A stretch of DNA of 47,923 bases, from the NCBI GenBank assembly GCA_947600335.1, contig CANQGB010000003.1, positions 1 to 47,923 of the forward strand, given 5' to 3'. This stretch comes from an uncultured Bacilli bacterium (lineage in GTDB: Bacteria > Bacillota_I > Bacilli_A > RF39 > UBA660). Under the pieces are notes generated by a model, which ran no database searches, was not told where the DNA came from, and worked only from the letters and a program-made list of their open reading frames with translations. This document shows positions 39,836 through 47,923 of the stretch, one piece after another. The position numbers and the translations under genes were made by a program. How positions within the stretch are numbered: the first letter of the stretch is position 1; every line of letters begins with the position of its first letter.

Positions 39836-41137
39836 CTACTTATAACCTTTAAAATCTATTTGACTATAACGAATCATTTCGTATTTATCTTTTAACAAAT
39901 CATAAAGTTCCATCTCAGTTTTATTTAAATTCTCATACCAAAAATAATACTTAATATCTCGCCACTTATTCACCTTTAATAATCTCTCAATATCTAAAAT
40001 CGAAAAAAAATTCACTTGCGATTTTAAAAGTTCATAACCATTATTATTCAGTAAACGATTTAAATTTTTAATATTATTACAATTATTAATTCGACCAATA
40101 ATACAACCATTTTTCTTTAATAGTTTCTTAATTTTTTCTAAAAACTTCTCCGGATTTTTTACCTGTTCTAAACAATTACCTATTAAAATACAATCATATT
40201 TTTTCTTAACTTTGCTTAAATTTTGATAAACATGAGCAAAATGTGAGGCAATATTTCTTTTAGCTTGATTAATTTCAACACCTTCGATAGAAATATTCTT
40301 ATATTGATACTTTAAAGCCAAAATAGTTGAACCAATACCACAATTAAGTTCCAATACCTCTTGATATTCTTCCATTAAACTAAATGATTTCAAATCATCA
40401 AAACAAAAAGTATTAAAATGCCATTTATTTATAAAATATTCTCGATTTTTATTTAAAATAGGATAAAACTTAGTTAAATCCTTCCGAAAAGCTGTTCCTA
40501 AATAATGAAAAATAAACGCATCATGACATAACATCAATTTATAACCCAAATTAATAATTCTCAAACTTAAGTCATTATCTTCAATATAACCTGGACTATA
40601 ATTTTCATCTAAGCCCTTTAATTTCGTAATAACCTCTCTTTTAATTAATAAACAAAAGCCAATTAAAAAATTTTTTTCTTCCCACTTATCTTTATTAGAA
40701 ACATTGTTTAACTTAGCTAGTTGTTGCATTTCTTCCATATCTTTAAAATTAAAATTTACCCCTTGCCTATTTTCCTGATTATTACAAACTGCCCCGACTG
40801 CTCCAATCAAGGAATCACTTTCTAAGCAAATTTTTAAATTTTTAAGCCAATTTTCTGTAACAATCGTATCATTATTTAAAAGCAAAATATCATTTTCCGA
40901 CGCACACTGAATACCTTGATTACAACCTTTAGGAAAACCTTCGTTTTTATCATTTAATATAATTTTCCATTTATCTTGCTTCTTAAGCCACTCGTGTGTT
41001 CCATCTGTAGAATTATTATCAACTATTACTAATTCGTAAGTATCTAAATCTGTATACTTTAAAATACTTTCGATACAGGCTTTTGTATAATCTAAATTAT
41101 TATACGTTAAAATAATAATAGAAGTTTTTCGCATCAT
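39836..41137 (-). CDS. GT2 glycosyltransferase fused to a degenerate class I methyltransferase-like domain
   Basis: SIIILTYN, IVDNNSTDG, LLNND, EDNDL. C-terminal VLELNCGIG...YDCIL..LEQV.NP. Confidence 0.85.
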   Translation of the reverse strand: MMRKTSIIILTYNNLDYTKACIESILKYTDLDTYELVIVDNNSTDGTHEWLKKQDKWKIILNDKNEGFPKGCNQGIQCASENDILLLNNDTIVTENWLKNLKICLESDSLIGAVGAVCNNQENRQGVNFNFKDMEEMQQLAKLNNVSNKDKWEEKNFLIGFCLLIKREVITKLKGLDENYSPGYIEDNDLSLRIINLGYKLMLCHDAFIFHYLGTAFRKDLTKFYPILNKNREYFINKWHFNTFCFDDLKSFSLMEEYQEVLELNCGIGSTILALKYQYKNISIEGVEINQAKRNIASHFAHVYQNLSKVKKKYDCILIGNCLEQVKNPEKFLEKIKKLLKKNGCIIGRINNCNNIKNLNRLLNNNGYELLKSQVNFFSILDIERLLKVNKWRDIKYYFWYENLNKTEMELYDLLKDKYEMIRYSQIDFKGYK

Positions 41138-41181
41138 ATTCCCCTCATTTAAGTATATGAAAGAAAAATTAAATATCTTAA

Positions 41182-41895
41182 TTAACTTAACTTATTAAAT
41201 ATATTACTTAAACTATCGTGAATAACTAAATTAGCCAAATTATCATAACTAGTGACCGTTTTATTTAAAATAACTAAATATTTACCATTAAACAACCTAA
41301 CTAAACTACTTGCGGGTTCCACTGTTAAAGAGGTTCCAGCCACGATTAACATCTCCGCCTTAGTTATCAAATCTATTGCTTCCTCAAAACAATCGGGCAA
41401 GGCTTCTCCATATAAAACTACATCTGGCTTAATTAACCCACCACAAGCACATTTATAAGAATTACTCTTATCAAAAAGGTATTCCGCTGAATAAAATTTA
41501 TGACATTTAAGACAATGATTTTGATAAATCGTTCCATGAATTTCATAAACTTTTTTATTACCTGCTTTCGTATGCAACCCATCAATATTTTGGGTAATTA
41601 TGGCTTGCAATTTTCCCTTATCTTCTAACTTTTTCAAATATTTATGCGTAATATTAGGTTTGGCCCCTAAAGAATTCATACTACTGCGATAAAATTCATA
41701 AAACTCTTCCGGATGATTCTCCAAAAATTCTCTACTTAACATATATTCAGCAGAATATTTAGTTTTTGCATTATATAATCCATCAGGACTTCGGAAATCT
41801 TTAATACCACTTTCGGTAGAAACTCCAGCCCCACCAAAGAAAACAATATTAGAACATTCATCAATCATTTTTTGTAATAATTCTAGTTTTTCCAT
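41182..41895 (-). CDS. cobB: NAD-dependent protein deacylase (Sir2 family)
   Basis: GGAGVSTESGIKDFRS, TQNIDGLH, EIHG, CxxC...CxC, KPDVVLYGE, GTSL. True start at 41895 after GAGGTG. Confidence 0.92.
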   Translation of the reverse strand: MEKLELLQKMIDECSNIVFFGGAGVSTESGIKDFRSPDGLYNAKTKYSAEYMLSREFLENHPEEFYEFYRSSMNSLGAKPNITHKYLKKLEDKGKLQAIITQNIDGLHTKAGNKKVYEIHGTIYQNHCLKCHKFYSAEYLFDKSNSYKCACGGLIKPDVVLYGEALPDCFEEAIDLITKAEMLIVAGTSLTVEPASSLVRLFNGKYLVILNKTVTSYDNLANLVIHDSLSNIFNKLS

Positions 41896-41992
41896 AAAAC
41901 ACCTCTTTTTATAATAAATATAACAAAACCAAAATTTGAATTCAATAACATAAATCTCCCCACTTTGGCCATAATAAAAATAGGTGACATAA

Positions 41993-42670
41993 ATGGAAAT
42001 AATAATGCGTTCAATTACTATGTTTATAATTCTTTTCTTGATTGTAAAAATTATGGGCAAAAAGCAAATTAAAAATTTAACTTTATATGATTATGTTTTA
42101 AGTATTACGATTGGCTCTATCGCTGCTGATAGTATAATTAGCTTAGACACGCCTTTACAAGATGGTATTCTTGCTTTAATTATCTTCAGTATTATTGGTT
42201 ATCTATCATCGCTTCTATCTTATCATAATCACACGGTTGAAGAAATAATTGATGGTGAACCTCTAGTTTTATTTGAAAATAATAATTTTAATTATGACAA
42301 CTTAAAAACCGCGAAATTAAGTGTAGCCAAAGTTTTAGAAAATTGTCGACTTAAAGGCTGCTTTGATATTAATGAACTAGAATGTGCGATTTTAGAACCA
42401 TCTGGGGACATATCTATTCTTTTAAAAGACAAATCTCAACCAATCACAAGTAATGACTTAAAAAGCAATATTCAAAAAAATAGTAAAAAACAATCTTTAA
42501 ATTATTTAATAATTGTCGATGGTATTATCAATGAAAATGAATTAAAAAAAGCAAAGAAAAACAAATCTTGGCTCAATAAATATTTAAAAGAACACAAAAA
42601 AAAGATAGAAAATATTTCTCTATTATCTATCGATAAAAATGATAAAGTAACTTTATTTAACCGTAACTAA
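41993..42670 (+). CDS. DUF421 (YetF-like) membrane protein
   Basis: MGKKQI..LT..D...ITIGSIAA, GEPLVL, AILEPSGDISI, IVDG.I. Confidence 0.88.
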   Translation: MEIIMRSITMFIILFLIVKIMGKKQIKNLTLYDYVLSITIGSIAADSIISLDTPLQDGILALIIFSIIGYLSSLLSYHNHTVEEIIDGEPLVLFENNNFNYDNLKTAKLSVAKVLENCRLKGCFDINELECAILEPSGDISILLKDKSQPITSNDLKSNIQKNSKKQSLNYLIIVDGIINENELKKAKKNKSWLNKYLKEHKKKIENISLLSIDKNDKVTLFNRN

Positions 42671-42802
42671 TAAAAGTTGCTTTTTTATTTTTAATAATCT
42701 TCTTGCAACCGCTTTTGAATGATTAAACTTTTTATTAAAATCATTATTTACTAATACTAAAAACTAAAAAGTATATTTAAACAATTTAGCAACATTTTTA
42801 TT

Positions 42803-43450
42803 TTATTCATCAATAAAATCTTTTAATTTCTTGGTATTTCTAGGATGTCTCATTTTAATTAATGCTTTTTGTTCCTGCTTAACAATTGTATTTTTAGAGC
42901 ATCCAAATATTTCGGCTACCTCTTCTAGTGTTTTTTTATGGGCATCATCAAGACCATATCGTAATAAAATAATTTGTTGTTCTCTAGAAGTCAAACATTT
43001 CAAAGCTTCACGAACAATATCTATTTTCATTTCCGATATTACATCCTCTATCAGTTGTTCAGCATCTGTTCCAATTATATCTTCAATCTTCATATCATCG
43101 CCGTCTTTATCTTTACCAATTGGCTGCTCAAAACTTAATACATGACTATGTTTATTATATTTAATTAAGTCTCGCCTTATTTGATTTTCAATTGCAACAG
43201 CAATGTATGAACTAAAGCCCTCTATTGCTCTTTCATTATAATCAAATTTATTAATAGCATTTAAGAGACCTTCCGTACCAGCTGACATTAGTTCTTCAAA
43301 TGTTAAACCTTTTCCTAGATACTTTTTAGCAAAAAATCTAACCAATCCGCTATTACATACTGTTAAAACTTCTAAGGCTTCTTTATCCTCAAGTTCTCGC
43401 CACGCTTTCAAACAATTTTTAGTTTCATCCAATGTTAATCTTCTAGCCAT
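42803..43450 (-). CDS. Sigma-70-family alternative sigma factor (regions 2 and 4)
   Basis: GLVRFFAKKY, GLLNAINKFD, FSSY...IENQI, LTSREQQIILLRYGL...TLEEVA. ATG at 43450 overlaps the upstream stop. Confidence 0.9.
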   Translation of the reverse strand: MARRLTLDETKNCLKAWRELEDKEALEVLTVCNSGLVRFFAKKYLGKGLTFEELMSAGTEGLLNAINKFDYNERAIEGFSSYIAVAIENQIRRDLIKYNKHSHVLSFEQPIGKDKDGDDMKIEDIIGTDAEQLIEDVISEMKIDIVREALKCLTSREQQIILLRYGLDDAHKKTLEEVAEIFGCSKNTIVKQEQKALIKMRHPRNTKKLKDFIDE

Positions 43451-44510
43451 TATTTCCACCACTATTTTTTAAAGATTTTGTCAATTTCTTTTGATAGCCT
43501 AATTCCTCCGCTTTAAAACTAACTGCCCCTGTTGTTCTTCCCAGTACCTCAGCTATTTCTGAATAAGTCATCGTTTTATAATTTTCTCTTAAATACTTTA
43601 ATTCTTTACCTTTCCAATATTGAGGAAGCATATAACTATAACCCATATTTCTCAGTAAATTAGCAATTGCTGATTCACTTCTATTTATAATTTTAGCAAT
43701 TTCTAAATAATTCTTACCCGATTTAAATAAAGATACGGCTTGCTTGATTTCTTCTTCTGTCCATTTACGATACCAAAGTGGATTTTCTTTAATATCTCTC
43801 ACTCTTTTTTCTTTTAACCATTCAGGTTCAATACCAAGCATATTCTTTTCAACACATCTTGAATCCCATTCATTTTGATTATTTTCTAAAAAAAGCATTA
43901 AATCATTCCATGTAATAACATAATATGACATATTATTAGTTAATTTTTTCTTTTTTAAATTCAAACCTAAATCAACCCAAGTAGTAGTAATTCTATCACG
44001 ACTTACATTAAGCAAATCACACATATCAGAAACTGTAATAAAGTCATAATTATTTTTAATCATAGGTCCTAATCCCATTCTTACTGCTTTTACTTTTAAT
44101 GAAAAAACCGTTCTTTTTAATGTTTGGGCAATTTTTTCAATAGGCTTAGTTCCCCATAAATCTGATAATAATACTTCTTCCTCTTTTGTCCATTTTCTTC
44201 TGTCTTGAATTAAAGTTATTCCCAATTTTCGAGCCTTTATATAAATTGCATTTTCTGTTTTATTCATAATTTTAGCTATTTCCGAATAATGAAATTTATC
44301 AGACAATAATTTTAATGTTTCGATTTCTTCATTTGTCCACTTATTAGAGGTAGGTATATCTAATCCATTTTGTTCAGCCACTCTACAAACTGCATACCAT
44401 GAACAATTAAACTTTTTCTTCATACTATAAGGAGACTCTTTTCCCCAATTACTAATTATATATTGTATTTCTTCATCAGTAAATTCTCGCTTTTGACCAT
44501 TCATAGACAT
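43443..44510 (-). CDS. Protein of tandem Myb/SANT-like HTH repeats
   Basis: Five (W/F)TxEE-type repeats, most with IA..L.R(T/S)..A(I/V), around a central HTH-like segment. Confidence 0.7.
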   Translation of the reverse strand: MSMNGQKREFTDEEIQYIISNWGKESPYSMKKKFNCSWYAVCRVAEQNGLDIPTSNKWTNEEIETLKLLSDKFHYSEIAKIMNKTENAIYIKARKLGITLIQDRRKWTKEEEVLLSDLWGTKPIEKIAQTLKRTVFSLKVKAVRMGLGPMIKNNYDFITVSDMCDLLNVSRDRITTTWVDLGLNLKKKKLTNNMSYYVITWNDLMLFLENNQNEWDSRCVEKNMLGIEPEWLKEKRVRDIKENPLWYRKWTEEEIKQAVSLFKSGKNYLEIAKIINRSESAIANLLRNMGYSYMLPQYWKGKELKYLRENYKTMTYSEIAEVLGRTTGAVSFKAEELGYQKKLTKSLKNSGGNNG

Positions 44511-44689
44511 CGCCTTTTTATTATTTTTTTAAATCTTTCATTTATGTAACTTAACCTAATCATTATATAATTTTTTATTCATAATTTAAGTGTTATTATA
44601 TATCAAAGTCCAAAAATTTTAAATAAATTTTTCCTAATGATATTAATAAATTAAAATAAAATTCGAATAGCTTGACTAATAAATATTTA

Positions 44690-45529
44690 CTATTTTATTA
44701 ATGATTTAAACAAATCTTCATAAATTTTATTAGCATCTAATTGTTTTATAAATGTTATTTTATGCCTATCATGAGTAAAAGTAAAAGTATTATCTTTATT
44801 AATAATCGGGCAACTTATTTCCATAGTTTGAAACCATTTATTATTTATCATATAAGCAATAGCCCCAATATCCCAAATAGGATATCTTTTATGTGGACCC
44901 CAAAATCGATTATAAAACTTATCACATAAATAATCACACAACTCATTTTTACCGCCAATTTCTGCATAAAGTTCATAAATTGATGTCATTAAATTTGATG
45001 TTATCGGAGAACATGGAACAACTGTTAATTTTACTTTGGAATAAAAAACTGTTTTTACTGCTTCAACATCTTGTCTGAAATTAAAATCTTTATTATCCCC
45101 AAACAAAAAATTTGTTCCATTCCAAATTATTTCAATTTTATTAATAATTTTTGGCTCTTTTGTTATAGCCAGTGCAATATTTGTTAAACAACCTATCGCA
45201 ATTATATATACTTTATCATTTTCCATTGCGAGTTCAATTATTTTATCTACTGCATCACTAGTATCTAAATAACCATTCGTTAAATAGCCTCTACTGCCTT
45301 TATAAATTAAGCTTTTATCAGATATACCAAGATAATTAAATATTTTACATGTTTCATCATAACTATCATCTATTGAATCAAATACACTTTTTTTATAGCC
45401 ACTATGTTTAAATGGAGCTATCGTGATTGCTTTAATATCAAACATATCTTTATTTTTTAATAGATATGATATTGCAAATAAGTCATCTGCTTCATTAAAT
45501 GTATCTGTATCCAAAATTATTTTTTTCAT
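44690..45529 (-). CDS. Nucleoside hydrolase (IUNH family)
   Basis: IILDTDTFNEADD, IGCLTNIA, DFNFRQD..A, IWD. Confidence 0.88.
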   Translation of the reverse strand: MKKIILDTDTFNEADDLFAISYLLKNKDMFDIKAITIAPFKHSGYKKSVFDSIDDSYDETCKIFNYLGISDKSLIYKGSRGYLTNGYLDTSDAVDKIIELAMENDKVYIIAIGCLTNIALAITKEPKIINKIEIIWNGTNFLFGDNKDFNFRQDVEAVKTVFYSKVKLTVVPCSPITSNLMTSIYELYAEIGGKNELCDYLCDKFYNRFWGPHKRYPIWDIGAIAYMINNKWFQTMEISCPIINKDNTFTFTHDRHKITFIKQLDANKIYEDLFKSLIK

Positions 45530-45574
45530 AAAAATACTCCATCCTATTATGTAGATTACTAGTACAAAAATATG

Positions 45575-45679
45575 TTTTTTAATTTGACAAATAAATCAAT
45601 TTCAGTCTATAAAAATTATAGCATAAACTTTATAAGTTTAAAACTCGAGTTATCATAGTTAAAATTTGATATCACCATG
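45575..45679 (-). repeat. Copy 1 of a ~100-bp intergenic module (decayed hairpin, extended -10 promoter)
   Basis: About 75 of 100 positions identical to 47426..47529 by hand alignment, one gap. Confidence 0.75.
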
Positions 45680-45702
45680 ATTAAACTAACTCATTTAAAA
45701 AC

Positions 45703-45728
45703 AAACTATTATGTTTTAGTAATAGTTT
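45703..45728 (-). terminator. Hairpin after the toxin gene
   Basis: AAACTATTA-N8-TAATAGTTT. Confidence 0.5.
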
Positions 45729-45745
45729 CTTTATGTCATAAACTA

Positions 45746-46020
45746 CTAAACTTTATCATAATGAGTCCACATTCTAATAATATGAATTTCTTTTCTTTCT
45801 TCATCTACTTCATAAACAATTCGATGCTGTCTATTAATTCTTCTAGAATATAATCCTGATAATTCACCAGTTAATTTTTCATATGATGGTGGATAACAAA
45901 AAAATTTTCCATCATTAGATTTAATATATTTTTACAATTCTTATCAAGATTAGCATTTTTTAGTTTTAATTTATCTTTTTCTGCTTGTTTAGAAAATTTA
46001 ATTGTATATAAACTTACCAT
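45746..46020 (-). pseudogene. yoeB: Txe/YoeB-family toxin with a 1-nt frameshift
   Basis: MVSLYTIKFSKQAEKD...MMENF, then in the -1 frame CYPPSYEKLTGELSGLYSRRINRQHRIVYEV...IRMWTHYDKV. Span is 275 nt; the shift is at the A7 run 45898-45904. Confidence 0.88.
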
Positions 46021-46271
46021 TCTTCATCCTTTTCATATTTTTTAGCAGACTCCCAATTTTCATTTTTTCTTATGTTATTAATATCATCTACATACCCTGG
46101 AATACTTGATAAAAATAATGTCTCTTCAATATTTTTCCATTCATCTTCAGATATTAATACAGCATTTTTTCCTTTATTATTTATAATAGTAATAGGATTA
46201 AAACCAACATTAACATCTGATATCAATTTGTATAGGTTTTCCATAGCATTAGTTATATTTATTGTACTCAT
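46014..46271 (-). CDS. yefM: Phd/YefM-family antitoxin
   Basis: NLYKLISDV...PITI...NAVLISEDEW..IEETLFL.SIPG. Overlaps the toxin start. Confidence 0.9.
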   Translation of the reverse strand: MSTINITNAMENLYKLISDVNVGFNPITIINNKGKNAVLISEDEWKNIEETLFLSSIPGYVDDINNIRKNENWESAKKYEKDEEW

Positions 46272-46407
46272 TATTAATCACCTCATTTGCATTGTAACGA
46301 CATCAAGTATCTAATAAAATTCAAAGATTAAATAAACATGCATTAGCATTAAAAAAGAAGAGTATTTAATATCTTCCAAAACATATTGATACGGGTGTAG
46401 AGGCTAT

Positions 46408-46857
46408 TTAACAACTTTTATCATATTGCATAAAATATCTAGTTTCAGTTGTTTCTTTTATTTTAAATCCTAATTTTTTGTATAAATTTAAAGCAAGAGT
46501 ATTTTCTTTATAAACCCATAAATAAACTTTAGAATAATTATTTAATATATTATTTAATATATTCGTACCTATTCCTTTTCTTCTATAATTTTTATCTATA
46601 TATAATTCGTTTAGTAAAATACCATCTTCATATTTTTCTAATAATAAACATCCAACTTTTTTGTTGTCGACAATAATAATCTCATAATCATCAATTTGTT
46701 TAGGAGTAGTAGTTTTAACATAATTAGTTATTTTTTCAATTTCTCCTTCAGGTAAGTCTTTCGCATAATCTAAAATGGTTGCTAATTTATAGGATTTTAA
46801 TAACTTTATATCATCTTTAGTTGCGCATTCTAATTTATAGGCTTTATGATTTTTCAT
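46408..46857 (-). CDS. GNAT-family N-acetyltransferase
   Basis: LYIDKNYRRKGIGT, LWVYKEN..ALNLYKKLGF. ATG at 46857 after AAGGA. Confidence 0.88.
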   Translation of the reverse strand: MKNHKAYKLECATKDDIKLLKSYKLATILDYAKDLPEGEIEKITNYVKTTTPKQIDDYEIIIVDNKKVGCLLLEKYEDGILLNELYIDKNYRRKGIGTNILNNILNNYSKVYLWVYKENTLALNLYKKLGFKIKETTETRYFMQYDKSC

Positions 46858-46937
46858 AAAAAAGTTCCTTCTCTCTTTATTAATTATATTAAGATTGAAA
46901 AGTTCAAACATACTCATTAAGAAAACATACAACAACT

Positions 46938-47387
46938 TTATAAATAAATAGTTAATGTTTCACTTGTTGTTTTAAAATTGCATTTTTCATATAAACGTTT
47001 AGCTTTAATATTATTACTCCACACGTTTACTTCTATTTTATCAGCATTTTTGGATATAGCCCACTTTTTAAAATATTCTATTAAAGATGTAGCAATTTTC
47101 TTATTACGGTAATTATTATCGATATATAATGCATCTAATTTAGCAATTATATATTTATATGTATCATCAACTGGTTTAATGATTCCATATAAATAACCTA
47201 CAACTTGAGCATTTTCTTCAGCAACAATAAGCAATTTATTAGAATCTTCAATATAATTTTCATACATATTAGTGACCGTAAAATTCTCATCGATTCCAGG
47301 GTCGTATTGTCTTTCATCTCTTATTAAAAGAGTTAAAAATTCATTTAATATTTTTACATCATCATAATTTGCTTTTCTAATATTCAT
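46938..47387 (-). CDS. GNAT-family N-acetyltransferase
   Basis: MNIRKA, LYIDNNYRNKKIAT, VWSNN.KAKRLYEKCNF. Confidence 0.9.
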   Translation of the reverse strand: MNIRKANYDDVKILNEFLTLLIRDERQYDPGIDENFTVTNMYENYIEDSNKLLIVAEENAQVVGYLYGIIKPVDDTYKYIIAKLDALYIDNNYRNKKIATSLIEYFKKWAISKNADKIEVNVWSNNIKAKRLYEKCNFKTTSETLTIYL

Positions 47388-47425
47388 TTATAAATCTCCT
47401 ATTAATAAATAGTAAAATTGGTGTA

Positions 47426-47529
47426 TTTTTTAAATTGACATATACATCAATTCAATCTATAAAAATTATATCAAAATTTCAAACATTTTAAAACTCGAAC
47501 TATAATAGCCCGAGTTTGATATCATTATG
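47426..47529 (-). repeat. Copy 2 of the ~100-bp intergenic module (intact 12-bp hairpin, extended -10 promoter)
   Basis: Minus strand AAACTCGGGCTA-TTA-TAGTTCGAGTTT, then TGATATAAT, then AATTGA-N8-TCAATT. Confidence 0.75.
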
Positions 47530-47572
47530 TGCCTAAAGAAAGAAGTACAACAACTTTGGACAAAAGAAATAG

Positions 47573-47923
47573 TTAGTAATATTTTCTATCTCTTGCATGT
47601 ACCCAAGCATCAGCTTCTTTTCTTCTAATTCTTTTAAATTCTTTTACTAATCTGTTATTTGCACTACTAACTTGTTTTCCTATATTGTTAGTTGAAAACC
47701 TATAATTTGATTCAGGTAAATGAATTAAAAGGTATTTTGCATAAGATCTTAAGTAAAAATTATGAATACCTTCAATTTCGTTCATAATTTCATCTGAGTT
47801 TTCTAAAGTACATCTTTTAACAAGAGTATAACAAAATGTTTGCTCATCTTTGGTTAATTTTAATTTTGCATATTTTTGTATATCAAAGTTAGGAATGTTA
47901 TTTTTGATTTTATTGAATTTTTC
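47573..47923 (-). CDS. 3' end of a hypothetical protein running off the window
   Basis: Frame is open from 47923 (EKFNKIKNNIPNFDIQKY...) through the ORF-track call 47573..47785. Confidence 0.65.
   Translation of the reverse strand, partial: EKFNKIKNNIPNFDIQKYAKLKLTKDEQTFCYTLVKRCTLENSDEIMNEIEGIHNFYLRSYAKYLLIHLPESNYRFSTNNIGKQVSSANNRLVKEFKRIRRKEADAWVHARDRKYY

Noticed and set aside
41182-42060. Sir2 as an anti-phage NADase, and the 292-aa extended ORF
   Set aside because: It has full CobB deacylase motifs with the zinc site and no defence partner. The extension overlaps the divergent gene, and the RBS marks 41895.
44655-44680. AAAATTCGAATAG as a third copy of the repeat module
   Set aside because: The match is too short in AT-rich DNA and the flanks do not align.
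9910-46314. Other short plus-strand ORFs (9910, 11987, 13952, 15879, 21540, 23571, 24045, 25700, 35444, 41252, 42831, 44741, 44893, 46072)
   Set aside because: Mirror frames of real minus-strand genes.
45575-47529. Canonical integron attC sites or CRISPR repeats
   Set aside because: No clear RYYYAAC/GTTRRRY ends, no integrase in the window, and only two diverged copies 1.85 kb apart.
1-47923. TGA-to-Trp recoding as in Mollicutes
   Set aside because: Long ORFs, including the 3031-aa one, translate fully with code 11 and conserved Trp residues are present.

Overview
Very AT-rich chromosomal window from a low-GC Bacillota genome read with code 11. Gene content and style suggest an uncultured gut Bacilli lineage such as RF39; this is an inference. 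It has about 40 real CDS and no rRNA, tRNA, CRISPR array or intact transposase that I can see. Left part: a NitT/TauT ABC ATPase broken at its 5' end by a foreign, IS-end-like 55 bp; three XRE-plus-membrane regulators; MmcQ/YjbR-EVE; RhuM; a TetR divergon; and a response regulator-ABC-kinase module. Middle: P-type ATPase, SNF2, UbiB-like kinase, a MATE-cytidylate-kinase-like fusion behind a leader terminator, and a 3031-aa M26 (Zmp/IgA1 protease family) metallopeptidase with a cohesin-TM-TM-dockerin front end. Right part: flavoproteins, an uncalled 41-aa basic protein, sortase B with a likely NPQTA substrate, GT2, Sir2 and DUF421. The window ends in a co-oriented accessory stretch holding a multi-HTH protein coupled to an atypical sigma factor, a nucleoside hydrolase, YefM with a frameshifted YoeB, and two GNATs, with a duplicated ~100-bp intergenic module. 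Best candidates for something new: the self-tethering cohesin/dockerin protease, the multi-HTH plus sigma pair, and the cassette-like repeat module.
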